From contig JAGXNO010000022.1 of NCBI GenBank assembly GCA_019894975.1, positions 1 to 57,041 of the forward strand: a stretch of DNA of 57,041 bases, in the 5' to 3' direction. Of the stretch, positions 30,386-40,952 are shown one piece after another. The stretch is from Promethearchaeota archaeon (GTDB lineage Archaea > Asgardarchaeota > Lokiarchaeia > Sigyniarchaeales > SOKP01). The notes below the pieces were generated by a model. The model did not search any database. It had not been told where the DNA came from and was given only the letters and a program-made list of their open reading frames with translations. The translations under genes and the position numbers were made by a program. How positions within the stretch are numbered: position 1 is the stretch's first letter; each line of letters starts with the position of its first letter.

Positions 30386-32521
30386 GTGGTATTGTTATCA
30401 GATCCTAAAACTATAGACAAAAGGAGTAATGAAAATATAAAACGAGATTACCTAACAAAGTTGTTACCTCAAGTTTTTAGAACCGAAGGTGATGTTTCCC
30501 CTTTCGATCCAGTTAAGATTGAAAATAGCCTAATCAGAGAAACAGGGTTAGAACAAAAATCTGCTGATAGAATTACTGAACTTGTTGTTAGAAGAATTAT
30601 TTCTTCAGGAATAAAATTTTTATCAGGTCCACATATCAGAGAAATCGTTTGTTCGATTTTATCAGAACAACATTTTGAGGAAGAGCGGAAAATCTACACT
30701 CGAATTGGAATGCCTTTGATGGATTACGAAGCTATATTAGAATATGGTATCAATGAAAATGCAAATCAAGATATGAATCCTGAAAGTATTCATCATTGGG
30801 CTGCTAATAGAATTTCTGATGAATATGCGCTATTACGAATATTAGATTCAGAAGAATCACATGCTCACTTATTTGGCGATATTCATATTCATATGCTTCG
30901 TTATTTCGATTTGCGTCCATTTTGTCAAGAATGGGATCCACGGATGATTCTTGAACATGGACTCCCCCCGGTGGACAGTTGGGCTCATTGCAGCAAATCA
31001 GGTCCTGCTGGTAGTTTACGAGTTGCAGTTACACATTTAGCAAAATGGTTAGGAATTATTCAAGGTGAATTTAGTGGTGGGCAGGGATATGACTACATAA
31101 CCACTTTTTTGGCACCTTATGCGCGTGCGATTTCTGATAGGGAGATTGAACAATCAATGCAATGTTTAATTTATGAGACTAATCAAATTTTTGCGGCAAG
31201 AGGAGGGCAAGTTCCATTTACCTCAATATCCTGTACTCCAACTGTACCCGAAGGATTATTTGAGATCCCCGCAGTTGGACCACATGGGGAAATAAAGGGG
31301 ACATATGGAGATTATAAAGAGGAATGTCTTAAAATCTTTGATGCTCTAACTGATGTATATATTAAAGGTGATCATAATGGAAAACTCTTTGCTTTCCCTA
31401 AACATGAGGTTAAAATTAAAAAGGAATGGTTAAAAGAATTCGAACCATCATATTTAAAACTAATGGAAGAAGTTGCCACAATGGGAACTCCATATTTCTT
31501 AAATATGTGCCCAGATTGGATGCCGGATGAAATCCATAGCCAATGTTGTAGAAAATTTTTAAGTGGAAATCAAATAATTGAACAATGCATCCTTGATCCA
31601 GAGAAAAGGAAAAACGTTAATATTTGGGAAAATTATGTAACAATTGGTTCATTGCAAAGCGTCAGTTTGAATTTACCCCGATATGCTTATTTATCCAAAA
31701 ATGAGGATGATTATTTTATAATATTAGACAAAAAAATGGAACTATCCGCTCAAATTCTTAGAAAAAAATGGAATCTAATGGAAAAAAGGCTAGAAACCGG
31801 TCATTTACCCTTATGTAGTGGGACAATTAATGGAAATCCAATTTTTAATATAAAAGATCAGAATCTTTCAATAGGATTCACTGGATTAAATGAAGCTGTT
31901 AAGAGTTTAACAGGTTATGAATTACATGAAAATGAATCTTCATATAGGTTAGGAAAGAAAATATTAAGCTATATGGTGGCTAAATGTAACAACATGACAG
32001 AAAGAGATAAAAAATACTATTCTTTATGGGAGCAACCTGCGGAATCTAGTTCTGGACGCTTTGCTAGATTGGATTTAAAGCATTTTTCTGAAAAAGCAAT
32101 TACTCAATCAAGTGGAAAATCGGCTTATTATACAAACTCTGATCATTTTAGATATGACGCTGAAATACCACTATCGCAACGAATTATAAAACAGGGAGAT
32201 TATCATCCAATCGTAAACGGAGGGGTTATAACACATATTTGGCTTGGAGAACAAAAACCTGATATTAATGGGTTATGGGAACTTACAAAAAATATTTGTC
32301 TTAATACAAACACCGCTTATTTTGCTTATTCACCAGATTTTACATATTGTCCTCATTGTAGAAAGATGTTCCGAGGGGGAAATTTTACTTGTCCACAATG
32401 TCAGTCTGGAGATGTAAAAGTTTATTCCCGAGTAACAGGATACTATAGTGAGGTAAACAGGTATAATCCTGGCAAAAAAGCTGAATGGGAAGCAAGAAAA
32501 CGAGAATATCTGTTCCATTAA
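30386..32521 (+). CDS. nrdD: class III (anaerobic) ribonucleoside-triphosphate reductase with ATP cone
   Basis: N-terminal ATP cone, SQCCR, NLPR, PAES, YTNS, CPHC/CPQC, glycyl motif SRVTGYY. Confidence 0.95.
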   Translation: MVLLSDPKTIDKRSNENIKRDYLTKLLPQVFRTEGDVSPFDPVKIENSLIRETGLEQKSADRITELVVRRIISSGIKFLSGPHIREIVCSILSEQHFEEERKIYTRIGMPLMDYEAILEYGINENANQDMNPESIHHWAANRISDEYALLRILDSEESHAHLFGDIHIHMLRYFDLRPFCQEWDPRMILEHGLPPVDSWAHCSKSGPAGSLRVAVTHLAKWLGIIQGEFSGGQGYDYITTFLAPYARAISDREIEQSMQCLIYETNQIFAARGGQVPFTSISCTPTVPEGLFEIPAVGPHGEIKGTYGDYKEECLKIFDALTDVYIKGDHNGKLFAFPKHEVKIKKEWLKEFEPSYLKLMEEVATMGTPYFLNMCPDWMPDEIHSQCCRKFLSGNQIIEQCILDPEKRKNVNIWENYVTIGSLQSVSLNLPRYAYLSKNEDDYFIILDKKMELSAQILRKKWNLMEKRLETGHLPLCSGTINGNPIFNIKDQNLSIGFTGLNEAVKSLTGYELHENESSYRLGKKILSYMVAKCNNMTERDKKYYSLWEQPAESSSGRFARLDLKHFSEKAITQSSGKSAYYTNSDHFRYDAEIPLSQRIIKQGDYHPIVNGGVITHIWLGEQKPDINGLWELTKNICLNTNTAYFAYSPDFTYCPHCRKMFRGGNFTCPQCQSGDVKVYSRVTGYYSEVNRYNPGKKAEWEARKREYLFH

Positions 32522-32561
32522 TTTTTTTATTTTTTAAATATGATTGCGTATTATTTGATAT

Positions 32562-32888
32562 ATGGAAATAAAGAATTCATTTATTGAAATTCAGAAAATT
32601 GTTGATAAATTTATCCTTGGACATGGGGGTTATTGGCCTCCTCTATCTATGATTTGTGCAATAATGGAAGAATTGGGTGAATTAGCGAGAGAAATTAATT
32701 CTCTTGAAGGATATAAGCCTAAAAAATCTGATAAATTGAATTCAAATCTTGGTGAAGAATTAGCTGATCTTCTTTTTTCTGTAATATGCCTTGCTAATTC
32801 TTATAAAATAGATTTGGGAAAAGAATTTATTAATATAATAGAAAAATATTCTAAGAGGGATTCAACTCGATTCTTAAGGTTAGATTAA
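32562..32888 (+). CDS. MazG-like nucleotide pyrophosphohydrolase
   Basis: EELGELAREIN, EELADLLF, RD near the C-terminus. Confidence 0.9.
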   Translation: MEIKNSFIEIQKIVDKFILGHGGYWPPLSMICAIMEELGELAREINSLEGYKPKKSDKLNSNLGEELADLLFSVICLANSYKIDLGKEFINIIEKYSKRDSTRFLRLD

Positions 32889-32977
32889 TCTAATATTCAT
32901 GAGTGTAAAATTTTAATTTATTGGAGTTTACTATTTTATAAAGCAGTTGGAATGAGTTACCCATTAAACCAAAACTT

Positions 32978-34147
32978 ATGTTGGAAGATGGATTAGAAAA
33001 ACAGGAAATACTCAGACTTTTAGACGAAAAGTTAAAATTAGATATGAGATATGATTCAGGATCAATATTAGGATCAATGTGTACAGAACCAATTAATTTG
33101 GGTATTGAAATCTACACGAAATATGTGTCTAAAAATTTAGGTGATCCTGGTTTATTTTTGGGAACAGCAGCATTAGAAGAGGAATTAGCAACAGAGATCG
33201 GTGAACTTTTTGGGGGAAAGAATATTATCGGTAGCTTTACTACAGGAGGGTCAGAAGCAAATCTGATTGCATTAAGAATAGCCAAGAAATTAAGACCTGA
33301 TATTAAAAAACCTGAAGTTGTATTACCTATTTCTGCTCATATTTCATTTGATAAAGCAGCCGATATACTGGATATAAAACTTCGTAAAGTTAAGTTACAA
33401 AATGATTTTAGCATAAATATAAACCATTTTGAGTCTTTGGTTAATAAAAATACCTGTGGGGCGATAGGAGTTGCTGGAACTACTTCTTTAGGTCTAGTTG
33501 ACCCAATCGAAGAGATAGGAGAGATTATTTCAGGAAAAGATATTTTTTTTCACATCGATGCTGCATTTGGGGGTTTTATATTACCTTTCCTGAAAAACTT
33601 GAATTTCACAACTCCTCCCTGGGATTTTTCAGTTGAACATGTGGATTCAATTACTGCCGATCCTCACAAAATGGGGATGGGAATAATTCCTACTGGTGGA
33701 ATTTTCCTAAGAGATAAATCTATTTTGCAAAAAATTGGATTTGAAATCCCGTATTTAGCGGGAGGAATTTCTAAACATCTTCACATTGTTGGAACAAGAC
33801 CTGGGGGTACGATTATAGCCTTTTGGGCAATAATTAAGTCTTTGGGAATTAAAGGGTTTAATAAAATAATTCAAAAATGCATGGATAATACTAGTTATCT
33901 GATAAAAAGAATTAGAGAGATTCAGGGAATCAAAATACCTGCCAAACCGGTTATGAATGTTGTAGGTATTACAACTGAAAATGGAGAAAGTGTTTGTGAA
34001 ATTGATGAACAATTACGTAAGAGAAATTGGTTGACTGGTAAATTCGAAGAGTTTAACTTAATAAGGGTTGTGGTTATGCCACATGTTCAGAAAGCCCATT
34101 TGAAAAATTTTTGTGATGATTTAGAAAAAATTACACAAAATTTATGA
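32978..34147 (+). CDS. mfnA: L-tyrosine/L-aspartate decarboxylase (PLP group II)
   Basis: ILGSMCTEP, NLGDPGLF, GGSEAN, HIDAAFGG, DPHKMG, VMPH. Confidence 0.92.
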   Translation: MLEDGLEKQEILRLLDEKLKLDMRYDSGSILGSMCTEPINLGIEIYTKYVSKNLGDPGLFLGTAALEEELATEIGELFGGKNIIGSFTTGGSEANLIALRIAKKLRPDIKKPEVVLPISAHISFDKAADILDIKLRKVKLQNDFSININHFESLVNKNTCGAIGVAGTTSLGLVDPIEEIGEIISGKDIFFHIDAAFGGFILPFLKNLNFTTPPWDFSVEHVDSITADPHKMGMGIIPTGGIFLRDKSILQKIGFEIPYLAGGISKHLHIVGTRPGGTIIAFWAIIKSLGIKGFNKIIQKCMDNTSYLIKRIREIQGIKIPAKPVMNVVGITTENGESVCEIDEQLRKRNWLTGKFEEFNLIRVVVMPHVQKAHLKNFCDDLEKITQNL

Positions 34148-34272
34148 AATAAAATCAAATCAATTGCTCTAAATCGTATTATCAATGAAAAAATATATTT
34201 AGTACTTTTTACTATTTAATAATTAGTATAAAATATTTTGGAGTTATAATGCATAAAGTCTGATTTAGAGAA

Positions 34273-35037
34273 ATGGGAAAAGAAAAAAAGGCACTTGGGA
34301 TAAAAACAACACGTTATTTTACGAAGAATTGTTCTAAATGCAGTTTTGAATACCCAAATTGGTTTACAAATTGTCCAAAGTGTGGAACAGCTTGGGATGA
34401 AATGCAAGCAAAAGCTTTTTCTAGACCCGCAGAGGATCATAAGAAAAAAATTAAAATTGTTGTAAAAATAACTGAAGATGATTTTAACAAAGCAATATTA
34501 TATGTGAATTTAATTTTTAGCGCGGATCAAGGGAAATCCTGGTACCAAATGCCAATGGAAACAAAAATGGACTATTTTATAGCAGAAATAGATGATATTC
34601 CTGCAGGTTCGATTATAATATATTATATTGAAGTTTATTTAGAGAATGGGGAAAGAATCATAGAAAATAATGACAATAAATATTACTATTATAAAGTCGG
34701 TATTTCCATAGGAGAACCTGAAGAAACTCCTTCAGAAAGCGAAAAAAAAGCTCTTAAAGAACAAATTAAGGATTCCACGATTGAACCTCAGAGTTATTCT
34801 AAAGAATCTCAAAAATCTAACTCTCACTTAACTAAAAATATGATTGTACAATCCACGAAAATACCACAAGAATCAATTCAACCTAACACGAGTAATAATA
34901 CTGAAACATCAAGAGGATCAACAATTTTTGATAAACCTCAAACGAAAATTGATCCTGAATTGAAAGTTTGCAACTATTGCAATTCAAAAATAAAGAAAAT
35001 GTGGAGCACTTGTCCAATTTGTGGAAAAGATTTATGA
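34273..35037 (+). CDS. protein with terminal double zinc ribbons flanking a beta-rich (Ig-like?) domain and a low-complexity linker
   Basis: CSKC..CPKC at the N-terminus, CNYC..CPIC at the C-terminus. Confidence 0.75.
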   Translation: MGKEKKALGIKTTRYFTKNCSKCSFEYPNWFTNCPKCGTAWDEMQAKAFSRPAEDHKKKIKIVVKITEDDFNKAILYVNLIFSADQGKSWYQMPMETKMDYFIAEIDDIPAGSIIIYYIEVYLENGERIIENNDNKYYYYKVGISIGEPEETPSESEKKALKEQIKDSTIEPQSYSKESQKSNSHLTKNMIVQSTKIPQESIQPNTSNNTETSRGSTIFDKPQTKIDPELKVCNYCNSKIKKMWSTCPICGKDL

Positions 35038-35092
35038 CTAATCCTATTTAATATTTGTTTCAATCAGTAAGAAACAGATATATTAAACATAC

Positions 35093-36790
35093 CTATAAGT
35101 GTGAACCACATTTATTGCAGAAAGCGTAATCTGATGACAGCATTGCACCACAATTTTTACAAATAATAAGTTCCTTGCTGCTTGAATTAGAACTTGTATT
35201 TTGGTTTGAGGTTGTTGGTTGTAGTGAGGTAAATCCACTTGGTTTACTGCTCATAGCAGTAGCATCAGGGATTATTCTTAGTTTACTCTCTTCTTGGAAT
35301 TGAGATTTTTTTGTCGCGCTGAATGGAACAAATGGGGATGATTGATTAGTAGTTGTTTCTTCGCTTTTTTGAGTTAACGCTTGAAAAAGAGAAGGAGTGC
35401 TAGAGGGCTCAGTTACCGCAGTTTTAGATGCTGATGGAACAGAGCGTTTTGGTTCACTATATTCTGCTTTTTCTTTCTTATCTTTTTTAGATTTTTCTTT
35501 CTTTTCTTTTTTCGCACTTTTCATCTCTTCTAATAACTTCTGCTGTTTCTCCTGTTCGTCCTGTATTTTTTCTTCTTTTTCTTCTTTTTTCTTCTGTTTT
35601 TCAAGTTTTTTCTTATCTTTCTTCGAAATAATCGGTTCAGGCATATAATCTACTAAAAAATCAGACTTTGACTGTGGTCCTTGCCCCAACATGGCAAAGG
35701 GTGCAGTAGATCCTGCTTGGTTGTCGCCAGAAGGAATATCTTGAGGAGATTGAAATCCTTCCGGGGTAGGGGCTGGAACGGGTACGTTTGAGGCAAAAGG
35801 AATAGATCTAGGTTTATATTTTTCTTCACTTGTTGATATTGAGGATCCTTGAAAGGGAGGTGTAGATGCACTAGGGATCTCTTCTGACCTTTCTCCAGCC
35901 AATATTTCTTCAGGAGTCTTAAATTCAAAATCAGTCGAAGAACTTATATTCCTAACTATTTCTGGTTCAGGTATAGGAATTTCTGGTTCAAATTCTGGTT
36001 CAAAAGAAGGACTAGGTGCAGATGATTCTACAGGTGCTGGTTCTGGAACGGGAGGAGCAGAATATTCAAATTCGGGCTCAGGTTCAAAAGAAGGACTAGG
36101 TGTAGATGATTCTACAGATCCTGGTTCTGGAACGGGAGGAGCGGAATATTCGAAATCAGGTTGTTCTTGATATGGGCTGGGCATCTGTACTTCTGTAGCT
36201 GTAATTGGAATCTTTCCCGGATTAAATACAATATTATTGGCAATAAGTTGATCGGGAATTCCAGATCCTATCATTAAGCACGCAAGAATATAAAAGCAAT
36301 CACCAACACCCTCTCCTGTTTTAGCGGATGTCTCCATGTAAAATAAATTAAAATCTCGGGTAAATACATTAATCTCATCCAACGATACTGCTCTCTGATC
36401 CACCAAATCGCTTTTATTGCCGACTAATAGTAGCGGTATCTCATTTTTCACATTTGCTCTTACTTCTTCAATCCATCCAGGTAGATGTTCAAAAGTGGCA
36501 GAATTTGTTAAATCAAAAATTAATAATGCGCCCAAAGATCCTCGGTAATACATAGGTCTAATTGAACTAAAGCGTTCTTGTCCACCTGTATCCCATATTT
36601 GTAGCTTTGCTCTAATTAGACCTTCATTAGAATCTATATTAATTGTTTTTACATGAAAATCTACTCCGATTGTCATCTTATAATCCTCGGTAAAGAAGCC
36701 CTTAGAGAATCTGAGAGTTAATGCTGTCTTTCCCACTCCGCCATCTCCTACTACAATTGATTTAAAAAGATAGTCATATTCTTCTGCCAT
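35093..36790 (-). CDS. Rab-like GTPase with a long Pro/Glu-rich, Lys/Glu-rich and zinc-ribbon tail
   Basis: YDYLFK, GDGGVGKT, TIGVDF, KLQIWDTGGQERF, YYRG, GNKSD, ETSAK; C-terminal CKNC..CNKC. Confidence 0.92.
   Translation of the reverse strand: MAEEYDYLFKSIVVGDGGVGKTALTLRFSKGFFTEDYKMTIGVDFHVKTINIDSNEGLIRAKLQIWDTGGQERFSSIRPMYYRGSLGALLIFDLTNSATFEHLPGWIEEVRANVKNEIPLLLVGNKSDLVDQRAVSLDEINVFTRDFNLFYMETSAKTGEGVGDCFYILACLMIGSGIPDQLIANNIVFNPGKIPITATEVQMPSPYQEQPDFEYSAPPVPEPGSVESSTPSPSFEPEPEFEYSAPPVPEPAPVESSAPSPSFEPEFEPEIPIPEPEIVRNISSSTDFEFKTPEEILAGERSEEIPSASTPPFQGSSISTSEEKYKPRSIPFASNVPVPAPTPEGFQSPQDIPSGDNQAGSTAPFAMLGQGPQSKSDFLVDYMPEPIISKKDKKKLEKQKKKEEKEEKIQDEQEKQQKLLEEMKSAKKEKKEKSKKDKKEKAEYSEPKRSVPSASKTAVTEPSSTPSLFQALTQKSEETTTNQSSPFVPFSATKKSQFQEESKLRIIPDATAMSSKPSGFTSLQPTTSNQNTSSNSSSKELIICKNCGAMLSSDYAFCNKCGSHL
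35997..36160. repeat. in-frame 84-bp tandem duplication (2 copies) inside the Rab-like gene
   Basis: GGTTCAAAAGAAGGACTAGGTG starts at 35997 and 36081; encodes FEYSAPPVPEPxxVESSxPSPSFEPE twice. Confidence 0.9.
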
Positions 36791-37107
36791 TACATGTCTC
36801 CCGTTTATGGTTCACAATATTTTTTTTTTAAATGTTCAAATATGTTCAAGCTTTTATATATTATAACTATAAATACAAATTTATAATATTATTTATATCT
36901 TTAAAACGGTATTTCGTCATTATACTAATAATCAAATGAGATATTCTGGTATTATTCTTCTTTATATTTTTTTTACCAAATTCAAAAATAATTATCGGTT
37001 CAAATCATTAAATGATTTAATTTATATCTAATTCATTTTTTTGCTAAAAAGATTTTTTATAGACCTTTCATATTTTTTTTACAAGTTTAAACTAGAAGGT
37101 GATTGTT

Positions 37108-38136
37108 ATGATAAACCCTAAAGATATCGATTTTTACTCGTTAGGTTTTGAGTTCATTGAAACCAGAAGTATGTTTGTTTCCAATTTTAAAAATGGTAGT
37201 TGGGATGAAGGAAAATTAATGCCATTTGGTAAGTTTGAGATTTCTCCTGCTGCTTGTGTATTAAATTATGGACAAGGGATTTTCGAAGGAATGAAAGCAT
37301 TACGCGCTAAAAACGGAGAAATTACGTTATTTAGACCGGAGGAGAATGGAAAAAGATTTAATAAAAGCGCAAAAAGAATGCTAATGCCTGAATATGATTT
37401 GGACAAATTCATTAAAGGTATCAAAATTGTAGTGAAGGCTAATGAAGATTATATTCCTCCTCATGATAGTGGAGGTGCTTTATATATCCGACCTATGTTA
37501 TTTGGGAATGGCCCCATGCTAGGTGTAGCTCCTGCAAAAGAATTCAAGTTAATTATTTTTACGGCACCCGTTGGTCCATACTTCCCAGAAGGCTTTAAAG
37601 GGATTGATTTAGAGATATCAAAAACATATACAAGAGCCGCACCTGGTGGAACGGGCTCCACAAAAACAATCTGTAATTATGCGGGAACAATGTTACCCGC
37701 AAAAGAAGCAAAGTCTAGGGGGTTTGCTCAAATTTTATACTTAGACGCTATAAATTTAGAATTTATAGAGGAGGTGGGAGCTGCTAATTTTTTTGGAATA
37801 ATAAATGGTAAATTGGCCACTCCAAGAAAAACAGGAACAATACTTGAGGGAATCACAAGAGAAGCTGTTCTAGAGTTGGCTTCTAAAAATCTTGGTTTGG
37901 AAGTCGAAGAAAGAGATATCTCTTATAGAGAATTATTTGAAGAGAGTTGTAGTGAAGTTTTTTGTTCAGGAACCGCTGCGGTTATTACCCCTATTGCTTC
38001 AGTTTCTTTTGACGGTAAACAGAGGATTTTCAATAATAAAAAACCGGGTACAATTACAACCAAGTTGTATGAAATTCTAACGGGAATTCAACGTTTAGAA
38101 ATTGAAGATAAGTTTGGGTGGATGGTTTTAGTATAA
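37108..38136 (+). CDS. ilvE: branched-chain amino acid aminotransferase
   Basis: LNYGQGIFEGMKA, LYIRP, KTICNYA, EEVGAAN, ILEGITR, GTAAVITP. Confidence 0.93.
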   Translation: MINPKDIDFYSLGFEFIETRSMFVSNFKNGSWDEGKLMPFGKFEISPAACVLNYGQGIFEGMKALRAKNGEITLFRPEENGKRFNKSAKRMLMPEYDLDKFIKGIKIVVKANEDYIPPHDSGGALYIRPMLFGNGPMLGVAPAKEFKLIIFTAPVGPYFPEGFKGIDLEISKTYTRAAPGGTGSTKTICNYAGTMLPAKEAKSRGFAQILYLDAINLEFIEEVGAANFFGIINGKLATPRKTGTILEGITREAVLELASKNLGLEVEERDISYRELFEESCSEVFCSGTAAVITPIASVSFDGKQRIFNNKKPGTITTKLYEILTGIQRLEIEDKFGWMVLV

Positions 38137-38148
38137 ATCTTTTCCTTT

Positions 38149-38658
38149 TTAATTTGATAAACTATCAATTAGATTGTAAAAAGCCAGTTTTACATTGAAT
38201 CCTAATTTCGATGATATTTTTGTATAACCTATTATATTTTTATTATTCTTTTTAATTTCTGATATGTAATCATCAAAAATATGGGCTTCACTTGCATCAA
38301 TGATATCACTTTTTGTACCTATTATGTATACGGGAATATTTCCGCATTGATTTAAAGTAGTGATCCACTCCTCAACACCCTCAAGAGTATTAAATCGTGA
38401 TAAATCAAATAACACGAAAGCTGCAAGAGAACCATTTACAAAATCAGATAGCAACTTCTTAAACTGATCCTGTCCTGCAAAATCCCACATTACAAAATTA
38501 TATTCATATCCGTTGATTTGGACTTCTTTTGAAAAAAACTCAACTCCTTTGGTCAATCCACTATTAATATCGAAATTATCATGTATTAAACGGGTAAGAA
38601 ATGAGGTCTTTCCTACTCCTCCATCTCCAGAAACAATGACTTTAATCGTTTTTCTCAT
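38149..38658 (-). CDS. minimal Rab/Ras-like small GTPase
   Basis: GDGGVGKT, WDFAGQ, GTKSD, ISSK. Confidence 0.88.
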   Translation of the reverse strand: MRKTIKVIVSGDGGVGKTSFLTRLIHDNFDINSGLTKGVEFFSKEVQINGYEYNFVMWDFAGQDQFKKLLSDFVNGSLAAFVLFDLSRFNTLEGVEEWITTLNQCGNIPVYIIGTKSDIIDASEAHIFDDYISEIKKNNKNIIGYTKISSKLGFNVKLAFYNLIDSLSN

Positions 38659-38816
38659 TTTAATATATACTATTTTATTTCAAATTTAAAAAAGTACTAT
38701 AAAAATTGTTTTCCGTAATACGAGAACATAAAAAAAGTTTGGTAGTCAGATATAGGCTTTTATACAGAACTGTAAAAGAATTATTGATACTCCTTCCTTA
38801 CGGAATAATTAAAAAT

Positions 38817-39209
38817 CTACGATATTCGGAGTAGCTGTGAGCTTCCTGTGCTAATTAGGTTATTATTCTCATTCCATACTTTTGCTTTGCAGAAAAATAT
38901 ATTCTTTCCCGCTTTTATGCACTTAGCTTTTCCTAGAAGTTTACCATTAGAAACGGGTTTAAGAAATTCAACTTGTAAATTGATAGTGGTTACGTACCCC
39001 TCAGGAAATATTAAAGAAAATGCTGCACATGCGCATGACGAATCAATTAATGATGCTATAACCCCACCATGAACCATGCCATTCTGGGTTAAATGTTGGT
39101 TGATATTTATTTCAAAACTAGCTCTACCATTCCCGATTTCAAGGAGTTCAAGACCTAATGTGGTGTAGAACGGAATTCTGGAGTAAAGATGTTTTTTTAT
39201 TTCTTCCAT
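38817..39209 (-). CDS. PaaI family thioesterase
   Basis: GMVHGGVIASLID hotdog motif. Confidence 0.9.
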   Translation of the reverse strand: MEEIKKHLYSRIPFYTTLGLELLEIGNGRASFEININQHLTQNGMVHGGVIASLIDSSCACAAFSLIFPEGYVTTINLQVEFLKPVSNGKLLGKAKCIKAGKNIFFCKAKVWNENNNLISTGSSQLLRIS

Positions 39210-39399
39210 AGTGTTTATCCCTTATGTCTGAAATTATTCTTTATTAATAACTTTGCTTCTAATAAGGACATATAATTAATGTGGCTTATCCTATTATGCT
39301 TATAAATAAATAGTCTTTGATAATTAATAACAATCTATAAAGACTTCTTTTCAAGTTTTATCAGTAACGACAAAATTAATATAAAAAAGTTGAAGACAA

Positions 39400-40452
39400 T
39401 TGAAAAACTGGATGTTATATGGGGCATATGGATATACAGGTAGTTTAATCGCACAAGAAGCAAGTAAACGTGGTCATAATCCTGTATTAGCTGGGCGTTC
39501 TGCAGAGAAACTGGTTCCGTTAGCAGAAAAATTAAACTTCGATTATATGGTTTTAGATTTAAAGGATGATAGTTCTTTAAAAAAAAGTCTTGAGGATTTT
39601 GATCTTGTTTTTCATTCAGCAGGACCGTTTAAACATACTAGTGCTCCTATGGTAAAAGCATGCTTAAAAGCCGGTACAAATTATGTTGATATTACAGGGG
39701 AAATCCCCGTTTTTGAAGAGAATTTTAGATATGACACCCAAGCAAAAGATGCGGGAATTGCAATTATTTCTGGGGTTGGATTTGACGTAGTTCCTACAGA
39801 TTGTTTAGCAAAATTCGTAAGTGAAAAAGTATCTGATCCCACCACTTTAGATCTTGGGATAACTGCTATGAGTAATCCAAGTCCAGGAACTCTTAAAACT
39901 ATGTTAGAACATTATGATATTGGCCAATTAGTTAGAAAGGATGGAAATCTTGTCCGTCTTGAGAAGGTAGAAGTCCGAAAAATGCAATTTTCTGATATGG
40001 AACGTACAGTACGACCAGTAACTTGGGGTGATTTGTCTACGGCCTATCGATCAACGGGTATTCCAAATATAACGACTTATTTTCCATTACCAAAGAAATT
40101 TCCTAACTTACTTGGTTCTCTAGGAATTTCACCAAAGGAAATGTCTGAAAACGAGGAGGCTAAGAAAAAAGTTGATAGTTGGATTGAAGAAAATATTCAT
40201 GGCCCAGATGAAAATAAGCGAAAAACCTATCGATGCTATATATATGCTTCGGTTCATAATACAAAAGGTGTTAAAGCCCAAGCTTGGCTTGAAACAATGG
40301 AGTCTTACCGTTTTACTGCTGTTGCAGGAGTAAGATCTGTAGAAAAATTATTGGAACTCCGACCAAAAGGTGCGTTGACACCTGCTTTAGCTTTTGGTGC
40401 GGATTTCATATTAGAAATTCCTGAGACCAAACGTATTGATACAATTAATTGA
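39400..40452 (+). CDS. saccharopine dehydrogenase-like NAD(P)-dependent oxidoreductase
   Basis: YGAYGYTG, AGPF, YVDITGE, GFDVVPTDC. Confidence 0.88.
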   Translation: MKNWMLYGAYGYTGSLIAQEASKRGHNPVLAGRSAEKLVPLAEKLNFDYMVLDLKDDSSLKKSLEDFDLVFHSAGPFKHTSAPMVKACLKAGTNYVDITGEIPVFEENFRYDTQAKDAGIAIISGVGFDVVPTDCLAKFVSEKVSDPTTLDLGITAMSNPSPGTLKTMLEHYDIGQLVRKDGNLVRLEKVEVRKMQFSDMERTVRPVTWGDLSTAYRSTGIPNITTYFPLPKKFPNLLGSLGISPKEMSENEEAKKKVDSWIEENIHGPDENKRKTYRCYIYASVHNTKGVKAQAWLETMESYRFTAVAGVRSVEKLLELRPKGALTPALAFGADFILEIPETKRIDTIN

Positions 40453-40547
40453 GATATATATCCATAAATTTATTTTTAATTTAATATATTCCCTTAATAA
40501 CGTCAAACTTGGAGAACTCAGCTCTCTGAACATCACATGTACAATTA

Positions 40548-40760
40548 ATGACAAATAAGTCGAATATAGCAAAATTAATTCTGAAGAATTGTGTTGGTTG
40601 TGGTGCTTGTGTCGAATACTGCCCCAAAAGTGCTATTCCAGATTCATTAATTGGATTTATCTCGTCTTTAGCAAAAATTAATTTAGATAAATGTGATGGT
40701 TGTGGAAAATGTGTTGAAGTCTGCTCACATAGAGCAATTTTACTTCTTAATCATAACTAG
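40548..40760 (+). CDS. 2x[4Fe-4S] ferredoxin
   Basis: CVGCGACVEYCP and CDGCGKCVEVCS. Confidence 0.9.
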   Translation: MTNKSNIAKLILKNCVGCGACVEYCPKSAIPDSLIGFISSLAKINLDKCDGCGKCVEVCSHRAILLLNHN

Positions 40761-40952
40761 CAGTGATATTAATGTGAATAATCCCTTTTTTTAAGAAGAT
40801 CAATAAGGTAAATCAATCATGACATCTCGATTTCCGATATATCAGATTTGGAAGTATATGTATTTAAGTGTTAAAAGATTATGTTTAGAAAGATTTATAA
40901 ATGTTTTAAACTAAGCGGATTAATAAAAAGCTTCTAAAAGTGAAATGTTTCT

